DNA of 64,000 bases from an uncultured delta proteobacterium (GCA_963845145.1 CAWJQU010000004.1:256001-320000); one strand, 5' to 3'; positions 31,988 through 42,816 are shown, counted from the stretch's first letter. Notes: generated from the letters alone by a model not told the origin. Numbers and translations: made by a program.

Positions 31988-32691
31988 AAAAAAACGACCA
32001 GAATGATAAGGAAAAAAAGAAGGATGTGGGCGGTGATGATAACCCCTCGGTAGCGATGATAAAATTCATTTCTTATTTGAAGTTTTTGAAGGCCACCACA
32101 CAACCGGCGAAAGCGATCTAGGGGAAGATACCGCTCGTTGTCGGATTCTGAATTGCTTTGAAACGCAATGGATGGATAAAGGATATACATTTCTTCATCG
32201 CAAAGATCCCTTAAAAAATCATCGTAGGGGACGTTCTGCCACGTCTGCCGAATAAGGAATTCGGCAAACCGCCGATGAATGGCATAACCGTGGGTCAAAC
32301 TGCGAAATCCGATGTTAAGAATGGATGGAAACGTCGTGGGGCTGCTGCGTCGAACCATGCAGCCCAAAAAGAGAATATGCCAGTGCTCATGGGTCGTGAG
32401 AAACACCTTGGCTTGGGACAACTTTTCAGGCGTCACCTTATCAAAAACAACGTCGTCTTCAAAAATGAGTATTCGCTCCGCCCCCGCCTCAAGCCCTTTT
32501 TTCAGGCATAGAAGGTGGGACGTGTAAATGCCCTCTTCGCAATTGGTGGGGTGCTTTTCCACGATGACAAATTCAACGCGATCGGCCAAGCCCACCTGGT
32601 TAAACTGATCGCGGGCTTCCGCTTGTCGATCCTTTCGATCCACCAGCGAAATGCAGTAAATTTTATCAACGCAGTCCCAGATTGCTTGCAT
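31984..32691 (-). CDS. Glycosyltransferase family 25
   Basis: YCISL..R.DR, SH, IFEDDV, THGY; C-terminal TM. Confidence 0.75.
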   Translation of the reverse strand: MQAIWDCVDKIYCISLVDRKDRQAEARDQFNQVGLADRVEFVIVEKHPTNCEEGIYTSHLLCLKKGLEAGAERILIFEDDVVFDKVTPEKLSQAKVFLTTHEHWHILFLGCMVRRSSPTTFPSILNIGFRSLTHGYAIHRRFAEFLIRQTWQNVPYDDFLRDLCDEEMYILYPSIAFQSNSESDNERYLPLDRFRRLCGGLQKLQIRNEFYHRYRGVIITAHILLFFLIILVVFL

Positions 32692-32803
32692 TATTATTCT
32701 CAAACACATATGTGAATAGCGCTGTCGAAACGTTCATTGAAGCCCTCTCTGTTTACATGGGGGCCAGTAAAAATTCAACCTGATTTCATAAGACCGAAAA
32801 CGG

Positions 32804-33154
32804 ATGTCAAACCGGCTGATCCACTACCTGTCCCAAACCGCCTATGTGCGGTCCGCGTTGGCGGAGCAGGCAGACCTGAACATCTTTAAACAAAAACCGA
32901 CGCCCCGAATGATCTGGGGCCTGGTGATCATCGGTATCAGTTATACCATTGGGTGGCCGTTGATCGGCCTTCTGGGGATATTGGCCGTGTATTTTGAGAA
33001 GCCGGTCCTGCTGGCAGTTGGCGGCCCGATCGCTTATGGCTTTTCGCATCTGACATTTATGCTCGGGGCCTGGCTGGCCGGCGCAGACCACGCCCGGGCT
33101 TTTTTTCGCTGGGCCACCCGCATGGCCATGTTGAAACTCACCAAAGATACTTGA
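32804..33154 (+). CDS. Small membrane protein
   Basis: Hydrophobic helices; directly upstream of the radical SAM gene. Confidence 0.65.
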   Translation: MSNRLIHYLSQTAYVRSALAEQADLNIFKQKPTPRMIWGLVIIGISYTIGWPLIGLLGILAVYFEKPVLLAVGGPIAYGFSHLTFMLGAWLAGADHARAFFRWATRMAMLKLTKDT

Positions 33155-33184
33155 GCTTCGTATGTTTAAAAGAAAGATTCGCAT

Positions 33185-34618
33185 GTGAGAATAGTTCTGG
33201 TTCATCCTGCGGGATCCAATTGGGTGCCCGGTCGCAAAGATGTTGCCGCGGTCGCCAATCGTATGGCACCGCTGGGCCTGCTCTCCATCGCCGCTTATCT
33301 GGAAAAAGAAGGGCATACGGTTGTCGTCCACGACTGTCTGGGGCCGAACGCCATGGCCGGTACCCGGGCGAATGTGAAGTATATCCTCAGCCATATGCCT
33401 GATTTGGTGGGTTTTTCCGCTACAACCTCCGGTTTCCTGGATGGCTATGACCTGGCGGTTCACATCAAGACGGATCGCCCACAGACCCGTATTATTTTCG
33501 GTGGGGTTCATATTTCCGCTTTAGGGGGCGTGCTGCTCGATCAATTCGAGCATATTGACTACCTGGCCATGGGAGAAGGCGAGATCACCATGGCCCAGCT
33601 CGCCGCAGAAATGGACCCCCGGAAAATCAGCGGCCTGGTATGGCGGGATAATGGCGAAGTGGTCACCAATCCCCAACGGCAGCACATCCAGGATCTGGAC
33701 GATCTTCCCTTCCCGGCTTATGAAAAGCTCGAAAACTTTCCCCGGGGATATCGTTTGCCCCTGTTCAGCTACATCCAGACACCCGGTGCCACCATGGTGA
33801 CCAGCCGGGGGTGTCCTTTCAAGTGTACCTATTGCGACCGTTCGGTTTTTAAACAGGGCTTTCGGTATAACTCCGCCGAATATATTTATAATCATATGCA
33901 ATATTTAAAAAACCGATTTGGCATTCGGCATTTAAATATTTATGATGACCTGTTCACCTTGAATCGCAAACGAATCGTCGCTCTTTGCGATCTGTTGACC
34001 CAAAACCCCCTGGGCATTCAATTTAATTGCGCCGTCCGGGTGGGGCATGTCGATGACGAATTGCTGCAAATGCTCGGCCAGGCCGGTTGCCTCATGGTCT
34101 CTCTGGGGATTGAAACCGGGGATGCGGATTTGATGAAAGTCCACAAACCCGGTGTCTATTTAGAAGAGGTTCAGGATACGGTCAAGCGGATTAAAGCCGC
34201 CGGGTTGAGGGTCAAAGGGCTTTTCATGATGGGCCTTCCGGGAGATACGGTAGCGTCGATTCAAAAAACCAGCGACTTTGTCATCTCTTTAGGTCTGGAC
34301 GATATGAACATGTCCAAGTTTACCCCTTTTCACGGTGCAACGGTATGGGAAACCATTTTTGATGAGGGCGCGATGGAAGAAAACTGGCGAATGATGAACT
34401 GCCTGAACTTCGTGTTCGTTCCCAAGGACATTGACTCCAAAGAAACATTGGACCAACTTTACAATACCCATGTCAAGCGGTTTTACTCCGACGCCAGGTG
34501 GCGAAAAATGTTTCGTAAACGGATCTGGCAGCACCGCCGAAGCTTGTGGTACCTGGTTGCCCATCTGCCCGATTTTCTCTCGGCCATGCGTACTTTTGAG
34601 CCAAAAAAAAAGCCATAA
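33185..34618 (+). CDS. Cobalamin-binding radical SAM protein (class B methyltransferase-like)
   Basis: PLGLLSIAAYL, GGVH, GEGE, SRGCPFKCTYC, YDDLF. Confidence 0.92.
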   Translation: MRIVLVHPAGSNWVPGRKDVAAVANRMAPLGLLSIAAYLEKEGHTVVVHDCLGPNAMAGTRANVKYILSHMPDLVGFSATTSGFLDGYDLAVHIKTDRPQTRIIFGGVHISALGGVLLDQFEHIDYLAMGEGEITMAQLAAEMDPRKISGLVWRDNGEVVTNPQRQHIQDLDDLPFPAYEKLENFPRGYRLPLFSYIQTPGATMVTSRGCPFKCTYCDRSVFKQGFRYNSAEYIYNHMQYLKNRFGIRHLNIYDDLFTLNRKRIVALCDLLTQNPLGIQFNCAVRVGHVDDELLQMLGQAGCLMVSLGIETGDADLMKVHKPGVYLEEVQDTVKRIKAAGLRVKGLFMMGLPGDTVASIQKTSDFVISLGLDDMNMSKFTPFHGATVWETIFDEGAMEENWRMMNCLNFVFVPKDIDSKETLDQLYNTHVKRFYSDARWRKMFRKRIWQHRRSLWYLVAHLPDFLSAMRTFEPKKKP

Positions 34619-34717
34619 AATCGCCACAGACGTACTTTACTTGACAATTATAGTGACCGTTGTAAATTGTTGGGGACCTCTTTATAAATCATTCAATCCA
34701 ACTTTTAGGAGAAATAC

Positions 34718-36084
34718 GTGAACCTAAACCGGCTTTTTCACCCTAAATCCATTGCCGTGATCGGGGTGTCGCTGTCCAATGACCGCCATCCGGCCAATGT
34801 CATCTATGATAAAATCCTTCTTCGCTATCCGGTGAAAGTTTACCCGGTTAATCCCAAAGGGGGCCAGATTCACCGGGACCCGGTTTATAAGGATGTCACC
34901 GATATACCCGAGTCGGTGGATCTGGCCGTGATTGCCGCCCGGTCGAAACACGTTCCCACCATACTTAAAGGATGCATCGAAAAAAAGGTGGGGGGGCCAC
35001 CATCATTTCCGGCGGGTTTGCCGAGGTGGGGCGCCAGGATCTTCAGGACGAGATTGTTGCCATGGCGGAGGCGGCGGACTTTCCTTTCATCGGGCCCAAT
35101 TGCTTGGGGATTTATGCCCCGGATCGCTTCGACACCTTCTTTTTACCAGGCCAGCGCCTGATTCGACCGGATGCGGGCAGTGTGGCCATCATTAGTCAGA
35201 GTGGTGGGGTATTGGTTGATCAGATGGTAAAATTCAAGGCCCAGGGAGTCGGTCTTTCCATTGGCGTGAGTATCGGCAATAAGGCCTTGATTCGAGAAAC
35301 TGCCCTGCTTGAGTATTTGGCCCAGGACCCTGCCACCCGGGTTATCGCATTTTACGTAGAAGGGTTTAACGAAGGGGAGGGGCGCGCTTTTGTCCAGGCA
35401 GCGCATCAATGTCCCAAACCCGTGATCGTCCTGAAGGCCGGCAAGAGCAGCGCGGGCAGTCGTGCGGCTTCCAGCCACACGGCCTCTTTGGCCGGCGATT
35501 ATGCGGTGTTTACCCAGGTGTTGGGCCAGCATTGCATTGCCGAGGCCAAGTCGGAATACGAATTGTTGGCGTTTTGCGAAGCCTTGAGTTGTTATCAGGA
35601 CGCCATCGAGGGGCGAGTCGGCATTATTACCGCCAGCGGCGGGCATGGTGTTTTGGCTGTGGATATCCTCTCAGCCCAGGGATTGGACGTACCACCTTTA
35701 TCAAAAGCGGCCCAAAAAGATATCTATGACCGTTTGACCCCCAGTGTTCAGCCCATTGCCAGTGTCGGCAACCCGGTGGACCTCACCGGCAGCGCCACGG
35801 ATGAAGATTTTATGGGGGCGGCCATCGCCATGAGTCGATCGCCGGAAATCGAATGTATTCTTATTCTGATTTTACCCTACTCGCCCAGCTTGAGCCCTGA
35901 ACTGGGCGCTCGTTTGAGCCAAATATATCAGTCGGAGAAAAAACCGATGGTGGCCTATGTCCCGCATGAAGATAAATACGGAATGCTCATCGAAGGATTT
36001 GAACTAAACAATATTCCCGTTTCCGACTCTGTCGAGGGGGCCGCCCTCATGGTGGAAGCTTTGAGGAGGTGCCAGCCATGTTAA
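34718..36084 (+). pseudogene. ADP-forming acyl-CoA synthetase alpha subunit, frameshifted at a G7 run (34990-34996)
   Basis: CoA-binding N-terminus (PKSIAVIG, YPVNPK) continues in another frame (ISGGFAE, GPNCLG, SHTASLAG); one extra G would restore it. Confidence 0.85.
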
Positions 36085-36773
36085 CAAAACCCATGCTCGC
36101 TATTCTCGAAGCTGCCGCATCGGACGGCTGGGTGATGGAACCGGATGCTAAAAAATTGCTGGATCTCGCCGGCCTGCCGGTACCGAACCTCACCCTTGCC
36201 GCCACATCGGCCGATGCCGTTGAAGCCGCCCGGAAAATAGGCTACCCGGTGGCGGTTAAAGCTGTTTCGCCGGCGGTCGTCCATAAAACCGATGTTCATG
36301 CGGTTGAGGTAAATATCAAAACGGACGATGACATCAAAGCGATATTCGATCGTTTCAGCGCTTTTGGGCAATTTAAAGGCATGCTGGTGGAAGAGATGGT
36401 TGCCGGCGTGGAGCTCATTATCGGCGCCAAGATGGATTACCAGTTCGGACCGGTGGTCCTATTGGGGATCGGTGGTACAGGGGTCGAGCTATACGGTGAT
36501 ACGGCTGTTCGCATGGCGCCATTACACGATACGGATGTTCATTCCATGGTTCGTCAGTTAAAGGGGCGGCGGGCGCTGGAAGGGTTCAGGGGGGCGGAAC
36601 CGGTGGATATGAATGCGTTGAGCGATTTGGTGGTCCGTTTTTCGGAACTGGTCATGTCACTAGAAAATCGGATCACCTCTATCGATTTAAACCCGGTGAT
36701 GTGTACGTCCAGCGGATGTGTGGTGGCCGATGCCCGCATTATGCTATCAGAGTCAAATGCTATTCACACGTAA
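36078..36773 (+). CDS. ADP-forming acyl-CoA synthetase beta (ATP-grasp) subunit
   Basis: GYPVAVK, HKTD, FGPVVLLGIGG, DLNP, DAR; GGAGGT RBS. Confidence 0.9.
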   Translation: MLTKPMLAILEAAASDGWVMEPDAKKLLDLAGLPVPNLTLAATSADAVEAARKIGYPVAVKAVSPAVVHKTDVHAVEVNIKTDDDIKAIFDRFSAFGQFKGMLVEEMVAGVELIIGAKMDYQFGPVVLLGIGGTGVELYGDTAVRMAPLHDTDVHSMVRQLKGRRALEGFRGAEPVDMNALSDLVVRFSELVMSLENRITSIDLNPVMCTSSGCVVADARIMLSESNAIHT

Positions 36774-36823
36774 ACGATTCATACCTAAACCTGATTCATA
36801 CCTAAAACTGGGGCTCCGGTTCA

Positions 36824-37975
36824 ATGCATGTAATACCATTTAAAAAGCGGGTCTGTATCGGCCGGCGCGGTCATCGAAGCGGGGTGGTTTGGCTGAGCCG
36901 TATCCTCTTTTTGGGGATGATGTGTTTGCCGGCCCTGTCGCTCGCCCAGGATGATGCCGCGCTTTCCCCGGCCCAAATCCCTTCGCTTCTTACAGCGGCC
37001 CGGAGCATCAATTCGCTGACCTTTTGCGGCGAATCGGTCCCCCTGGACGATCCCCAAGTCAGGGAACGGTTTGAAAAGGAGCTTTTGCTCATTTTATGGA
37101 ATCGGCCCCAGGTGATCCTCTGGATCAAGCGTACTGCCCGCCATTTCCCCGTCATAGAAAAAATGCTGAAATCAGCCGGGTTACCCGATGATCTTAAATA
37201 TGTGGCCGTGGTGGAGAGCGCCTTGCAGCCCCATGTTCGTTCTTCCCAGAGCGCCGTGGGTTATTGGCAGTTTATAAAATCGACCGGATTAAAATATGGG
37301 CTTCGGATTGATAAGCATATTGATGAGCGGCGGAATTTATCTACCGCCACGCAGGCCGCCATTGCCTATTATAAAGACCTTTATGGCCTTTTCGGCCGGT
37401 GGACCCTTTCAGCCGCCGCCTATAATATGGGCGAGCAGGGTTTGCAGGCGGAGATTCTCATTCAGCAGATCGAAGATTACTATGCACTGTATCTGCCCCG
37501 TGAAACCCAGCGGTATATTCTTCGTATCCTGGCGGCCAAGGAGATCCTGCGATCACCCCGGTCGTATGGTTTTTTTTTACAAAAGGATGACCTTTATGAG
37601 CCATTGGCGTCCGAAAGCGTTACGATTCGTCTTACCGATGAGGTACCGGTCCAGGTTTTGGCCCGGTCGGCGCGCACTTCCTTTAAAGCCATCAAAGAGC
37701 TCAATCCGCAGATACGGGGTCACTATCTGGCGCCGGGTGTCCATACCTTGTCGATTCCGCCGGGAGCGAGTAAAGGTTATAAGAAGCGTTTGGAAAAAGA
37801 GAAGCGTAAATCAGCGGCGGCAAACAAAAAGCGTGTTTACATTGTTCGCAAAGGGGATTCCCTGACCAGTATTGCCAACCAATTCGGGGTGCCTCTACCC
37901 GCACTTTTAATTTGGAACCGCCTGGATTACCGTAAACCCATTCATCCCGGTGACCGCTTGATGATTCACCCCTAG
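36824..37975 (+). CDS. MltD-like lytic transglycosylase with LysM
   Basis: VESAL, AVGYWQF, AAYNMG, ETQRY, C-terminal LysM (VRKGDSL). Confidence 0.9.
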   Translation: MHVIPFKKRVCIGRRGHRSGVVWLSRILFLGMMCLPALSLAQDDAALSPAQIPSLLTAARSINSLTFCGESVPLDDPQVRERFEKELLLILWNRPQVILWIKRTARHFPVIEKMLKSAGLPDDLKYVAVVESALQPHVRSSQSAVGYWQFIKSTGLKYGLRIDKHIDERRNLSTATQAAIAYYKDLYGLFGRWTLSAAAYNMGEQGLQAEILIQQIEDYYALYLPRETQRYILRILAAKEILRSPRSYGFFLQKDDLYEPLASESVTIRLTDEVPVQVLARSARTSFKAIKELNPQIRGHYLAPGVHTLSIPPGASKGYKKRLEKEKRKSAAANKKRVYIVRKGDSLTSIANQFGVPLPALLIWNRLDYRKPIHPGDRLMIHP

Positions 37976-38000
37976 TGATAAAGGAGTAATAAAGGCTTTC

Positions 38001-38663
38001 GTGTTGGTTGAAACCACTAACATAAAGGAACGGCTGTGCCTATTTACCCGGTATCCTCAACCGGGGACGACCAAGACCCGTTTGATTAAAATGCTCGGCG
38101 AAACGGGCGCAGCCGAACTGCAGCGCCAAATGACGGTTCATATTCTCGACCAGGTTCGTTTATTGGCCGCCAAGCGGTCTATCCATGTGTCGATCTGCTA
38201 CGAGGGTGGGGATGCGCAACGGATGGCGCAATGGCTGGGATCCGAATTTTCCTATACCCGTCAGGCCACCGGCGATATCGGTCGACGAATGGCACAAGCG
38301 CTACGCCAGGCTTCCGTTGATGGATTTGAGGCGGTGGTCCTGATCGGCGCGGACATTCCGGGAATGACCGCAGACATTTTAAACCGGGCCTTTGATGGGT
38401 TGCGACACAATGACATTATGATCGGGCCTGCCAAGGATGGCGGCTATTATCTAATCGGGCTTCAAGCAAAATCTATGGAAAAAGCGGTCCCGGGCCTGTT
38501 TAAAGGCGTCACGTGGAGTACTTCCGCCGTCCTCGCCAAAACCCTTCAACTTGCTGACACATTGGGTTTGCGTTATTCCTTGTTGGACGAACTTGGGGAT
38601 GTAGACCAACCCGCCGATATCGGCCGTTGGGAAACGGTGGCGGTAGATTCAGCAAGGCATTGA
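38001..38663 (+). CDS. TIGR04282/DUF2064 rSAM-selenodomain-associated transferase
   Basis: FTRYPQPGTTKTRL, GDIGRRM, IGADIP, GPAKDGGYYLIG, WST, DVD. Confidence 0.85.
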   Translation: MLVETTNIKERLCLFTRYPQPGTTKTRLIKMLGETGAAELQRQMTVHILDQVRLLAAKRSIHVSICYEGGDAQRMAQWLGSEFSYTRQATGDIGRRMAQALRQASVDGFEAVVLIGADIPGMTADILNRAFDGLRHNDIMIGPAKDGGYYLIGLQAKSMEKAVPGLFKGVTWSTSAVLAKTLQLADTLGLRYSLLDELGDVDQPADIGRWETVAVDSARH

Positions 38664-38684
38664 AAATGTGCGTCGATTCGGCTA

Positions 38685-38705
38685 CTATTACCTAAATTGA
38701 GCGAT
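38685..38705 (+). repeat. End fragment of the 20778 element
   Basis: CTATTACCTAAATTGAGCGAT vs CTATTACCTAAGTTGAGCGAT at 20774. Confidence 0.6.
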
Positions 38706-38788
38706 CAACGACGTAACGACGCGGATTCATCCGCCGGAGTATTTTTAACGCTCCCATCATTCCTGCCCAAAACCATGAGAGGAAAAAC

Positions 38789-39397
38789 TTGAATTCGGGT
38801 ACCGCCAATCACCAAGCGTCTGATCCGGTAACCTGGATGGACCGTTATGGAGACTATCTTTACGCTTTTGCGCTTTCGCGGGTGCGTGATCCTGCGGTGG
38901 CGGAAGAAGCGGTTCAGGAAACATTTTTGGCGGCCCTGGACGCGCGGAAAAATTACAAGCAGCAATCCTCCGAGAAAACCTGGTTTACGGGAATCTTGAA
39001 ACATAAGATAATGGATTTTTACCGTAAACGTTCCAAGGAAAAGAATGCTTTTCCAATCGATTCCTCCGAATCAAAGGCTGACACCTACTTCACCAAAGCC
39101 GGCAAGTGGCGGGAGAAACCGGCACATTGGGCGGATGATCCCCACGAGCTATATAAACAAAAAGAGTTCCTGGCCGTATTGTATTATTGTCTTTCACATT
39201 TACCCAACCGTCAGAGCGAGGTGTTTACCCGGCGGGAGATGGACGGCCTGAGTACCGACGAGATTTGTAAGCTTTACGATATTACCGCGACGAATTGCTG
39301 GGTGATACTCCACCGCGCGCGAATGGTTCTTCGCCGTTGTGTCGAGAAGAACTGGTTCGGCGACAAAAAAAACAACCATGATAAAATGCAGGTTTGA
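38789..39397 (+). CDS. ECF sigma-70 factor (TIGR02943-like)
   Basis: AEEAVQETFL, TWFTGILKHK, region 4 ending VILHRAR. Confidence 0.92.
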   Translation: MNSGTANHQASDPVTWMDRYGDYLYAFALSRVRDPAVAEEAVQETFLAALDARKNYKQQSSEKTWFTGILKHKIMDFYRKRSKEKNAFPIDSSESKADTYFTKAGKWREKPAHWADDPHELYKQKEFLAVLYYCLSHLPNRQSEVFTRREMDGLSTDEICKLYDITATNCWVILHRARMVLRRCVEKNWFGDKKNNHDKMQV

Positions 39398-39400
39398 CCT

Positions 39401-39673
39401 ATGCGTCATTGGATGATGGATTGCCGTGAAATATCACGAATGGTATCGGCTTCAATGGATCGGAAACTACCGCTATATCAGCGAATTGGTATTCGAATGC
39501 ATGTTTTGATGTGTCGGTACTGCTACCGCTACAGAAAACAATTGTTATTCCTGCGCAAAGTGATCCATCTAAATATGAATCTTTCCCAGGAAATTGCTTC
39601 TGAGATTCATCTGCCCGAGGCAGCGCGAACGCGAATCATCGAAAGACTGAATCGGCAGCTCGCCGGGCGATGA
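39401..39673 (+). CDS. Soluble zinc-binding anti-sigma factor (zf-HC2)
   Basis: C...HVLMCRYC (HxxxCxxC), no TM; follows the ECF sigma. Confidence 0.88.
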   Translation: MRHWMMDCREISRMVSASMDRKLPLYQRIGIRMHVLMCRYCYRYRKQLLFLRKVIHLNMNLSQEIASEIHLPEAARTRIIERLNRQLAGR

Positions 39674-39738
39674 CCCTCACTTATCTTGTCGATCGAAACG
39701 GTGAATGCATCCCATGCGTACTTTATTGACACTTTTGT

Positions 39739-39766
39739 GTAAGGTGTCCGGCCTCTGGACGACAAA
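39739..39766 (+). promoter_or_regulatory. Candidate ECF-dependent promoter
   Basis: GTAAGGTG-N13-CGACAAA about 70 nt upstream of the reductase gene. Confidence 0.4.
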
Positions 39767-39836
39767 GCCCCCAAACATGAGTCAAGAAAAACCCGAATAT
39801 TTGAAGAATAAGAATTGAGATAAGGAATCCCATCCA

Positions 39837-41306
39837 ATGGCTGATTATGATTATGATATTGGCGTTATCGGCGGCGGTGCGGCCGGCTTGACCATTACCT
39901 CGGGGGCGTCCCAACTGGGGGCAAAAACAGTGCTGGTGGAAAAAGAATCCGCCTTGGGGGGCGATTGCTTGCATTTCGGGTGTGTGCCGAGCAAAACGTT
40001 GATTAAAAGCGCCCATGTGTATCACTTGCTGAAAAACACTGAAAAGTACGGCCTTCCCCCGGTGGATCTTCCACCCGTGGATTTTAAAAATGTGGCTCAA
40101 CGAATTCAGGCCGTGATCGATGTTATTCAAAAACATGATTCCGAAGAGAGGTTTTGTCAACTTGGTGCACGGGTTCTGTTTGGAAATCCCGCTTTTGTCG
40201 ACCCTCATGCCATTCGGTTGAATGGCGAAACGATTTCAGCCAAAAAATGGGTGATCGCCACCGGCTCATCTCCGGTGGCACCGCCCATTGAAGGGCTTGA
40301 CCAGGTCGATTTTCTCACCAACAAGGAAATTTTTTCATTGGATCGTCTGCCCAAATCCATGATCGTTTTGGGTGCCGGCCCCATCGGGTGTGAGATGGGC
40401 CAGGCCTTTAACCGTCTGGGCGCTCATGTCCGGATCGTGGATCGTTCCGATCAGATTCTGGGCAAGGAAGACAAAGATCTAGCAGATGAGGTTCAGGCTT
40501 CCCTTCAATCCGAAGGGGTCGATTTCCATTTGGAAGTCAGCATTGAAAAGATCAAAGACCTTGGCAATGGTGAAAAAGAGGTATTGGTTAAGGAAAAAGG
40601 CGGACAAACAGTCAGCCTTAAAGCGGATACTATTTTGGTGGCCATGGGCCGGCGTCCGAATACGGATGGGTTAAACCTTACCGACATCGGTGTTGAGGTT
40701 GGCCGCACGGGGATAAGCGTCGACGAAAGATTGAGGACGACTCAAAAGCACATTTACGCTGCCGGGGATGTTGGCGGCGGTTACCAGTTTACGCATGCCG
40801 CCGGTTATGAGGGGGGGATTGTTATTAGTAATGCGATATTTCGACTGCCCCGCAAGGTGGACTACACCTATCTTCCCTGGTGCACATTCACCGATCCACC
40901 CCTGGGGAGTATCGGCATGAACGAAAAGGCGGCCAAGGCAGCCGGGATCAACTACCAGGTGTGGACGGAAAGATTCAAGGACAATGATCGCAGCCTGGCG
41001 GAGGGTGAGGAGGCCGGGCGCATTAAAATGATTTTAAACGACCGGGAAAAACCGATTGGCGTTCAGATTCTGGGAGCCGGTGCGGGTGATTTACTGGGGG
41101 AATGGGTGGCCGTTTTAAACGGTAAAGTGAAGCTTTCCACCCTTGCGGCTGCGATTCACCCCTATCCGACCATCGGCGAAATCAATAAGAAGGTAGCCGG
41201 AGCCTATTTTTCACCTAAAATATTTTCCGAAAAAATCAAAAAAGGACTCAAATTTTTCTTTCATCTGAAAGGCAGGGCCTGTGGACCGGACGATTGTACC
41301 ATGTAA
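39837..41306 (+). CDS. Class I pyridine nucleotide-disulfide reductase (MerA/LpdA-like)
   Basis: GGGAAG, GGDCLHFGCVPSK, GAGPIG, HPYPT; C-terminal CGPDDC. Confidence 0.9.
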   Translation: MADYDYDIGVIGGGAAGLTITSGASQLGAKTVLVEKESALGGDCLHFGCVPSKTLIKSAHVYHLLKNTEKYGLPPVDLPPVDFKNVAQRIQAVIDVIQKHDSEERFCQLGARVLFGNPAFVDPHAIRLNGETISAKKWVIATGSSPVAPPIEGLDQVDFLTNKEIFSLDRLPKSMIVLGAGPIGCEMGQAFNRLGAHVRIVDRSDQILGKEDKDLADEVQASLQSEGVDFHLEVSIEKIKDLGNGEKEVLVKEKGGQTVSLKADTILVAMGRRPNTDGLNLTDIGVEVGRTGISVDERLRTTQKHIYAAGDVGGGYQFTHAAGYEGGIVISNAIFRLPRKVDYTYLPWCTFTDPPLGSIGMNEKAAKAAGINYQVWTERFKDNDRSLAEGEEAGRIKMILNDREKPIGVQILGAGAGDLLGEWVAVLNGKVKLSTLAAAIHPYPTIGEINKKVAGAYFSPKIFSEKIKKGLKFFFHLKGRACGPDDCTM

Positions 41307-41443
41307 TGAAAACCTTTATTTTTTAATATCGTACAAAACCTATCAATCATCTTGCCGGCTAACCCATTGGCCGCTTCAAGAGGACTAACGGGCTAACGGC
41401 CAACCGGTATTATCATAAACGAAAATGGAAAGGACCTTTATTA

Positions 41444-41776
41444 ATGGAAACCTACTACAATCCTGGAGATCTGCTCAAGTTCGAAGACATTGGTAAAGAA
41501 GCGCCGGAGATGGCCAAAAAATTCTTTGATTATTATGCCACAGTATTTGCCGAAGGTGAATTAACCGAAAGGGAGAAATCGCTGATTGCCCTTGCCGTGG
41601 CCCATGCCATCCAATGTCCCTATTGTATTGATGCGTATACTCAGGCTTGTTTGGAAAAAGGCTCCAATCCGGGGGAAATGACGGAAGCCATTCATGTGGC
41701 GACCGCCATTCGAGGTGGCGCATCTCTTGTTCACGGGATACAGATGCGCAATATTTCCGAAAAGATATCCATGTAA
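41444..41776 (+). CDS. AhpD/CMD-family peroxidase-like protein associated with ArsS
   Basis: REKSLIALAVAHAIQCPYCID; adjacent to arsS. Confidence 0.88.
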   Translation: METYYNPGDLLKFEDIGKEAPEMAKKFFDYYATVFAEGELTEREKSLIALAVAHAIQCPYCIDAYTQACLEKGSNPGEMTEAIHVATAIRGGASLVHGIQMRNISEKISM

Positions 41777-41793
41777 ACCATCAGAGAAGAATT

Positions 41794-42807
41794 ATGGCGA
41801 ACATTTCACTATCCAAGCAAGGGGCGCCTCTGGACACCGGCGCGTTTTCCAAAGTGCCCCCGTTTAGCCTGTCTTTGGCCAGGCATGACCTTAAGCTGCA
41901 AAGAGAAAAGACAGCGACACTGCAAATCAATGTCGGCTTGCTTTGCAACCAGGCGTGTCGACATTGTCATTTAAGCGCGGGCCCGAGTCGGTCGGAAACG
42001 ATGGGACCCGATACGATCGAAGCGGTGGTCGGATATGCATCCAAAGCGCATTTTGAAACCATCGATATTACCGGTGGCGCACCTGAGATGAACCGGCATA
42101 TTACGGATATCATCAAAAGAATGCGACCACTCGCACCCTCTTTGGTGTTCCGATCCAATCTTTCGGTTTTAAATGATGGCGAGCATGCGCCACTCATGGC
42201 ATTGCTGGCCGATCAAAAGGTCGTGATTGTGGCGTCCTTTCCGGCGATAAACGCACACCAGACCAATTCTCAGCGCGGGGATGGTATTTTTGATATCAGT
42301 ATCAGTGCCTTACAAAAACTGAACGCTCTGGGATACGGCCGTGGGGGATCTGGTCTTGAGCTGAATCTTGTGTCCAACCCAACCGGGGCCTTCCTTCCGC
42401 CTTCCCAGGGGCAAACCGAAAAGCGGTTTCGCAAGGTTTTGAAAGATAAATGGGGCATCATTTTTAATAACCTGTTTGGTTTTGCCAACGTGCCTTTGGG
42501 AAGATTTCGCCAATGGTTGGTAAAGTCGAATAATTTGGACATGTATCTGGAAAAACTCGCCGCAGGATTTAACCCCTGTGCCGTAGCCAATGTGATGTGC
42601 CGAACCCTTGTCTCCGTATCCTGGGACGGCTATCTGTTTGATTGTGATTTTAACCTGGCGGCAGGGATTTACATGGGCGGCCGAAAAATACACATTTCCG
42701 ACATGGTCGGCCCGTTCAGCCCCGGTGCGCCCATCGCCACCGCGGACCATTGTTACACTTGTACGGCCGGAGCGGGGTTTACCTGAGGGGGGTCAATTGA
42801 TGCCTGA
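41794..42807 (+). CDS. arsS: ArsS-family radical SAM selenoprotein, Sec at UGA 42784-42786
   Basis: LQINVGLLCNQACRHCH, DITGGAPE, MCR..VSVSWDGYLFDCDFN, HCYTCTAGAGFT-U-GGSIDA-stop; the Cys form of the family ends ...GSSCGG. Confidence 0.85.
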
Positions 42808-42816
42808 GTTTCAGGC
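42802..42816 (+). promoter_or_regulatory. Candidate bacterial SECIS (arsS)
   Basis: GCCUGA-GUU-UCAGGC; loop G at +22 from UGA. Confidence 0.7.

Noticed and set aside
39837..41306. Mercuric reductase merA
   Set aside because: No N-terminal metal-binding domain, no vicinal C-terminal CC pair, no mer genes nearby
41647..41793. N-terminal extension of arsS in the ORF track
   Set aside because: Overlaps the ahpD-like gene; ATG 41794 fits the operon layout better
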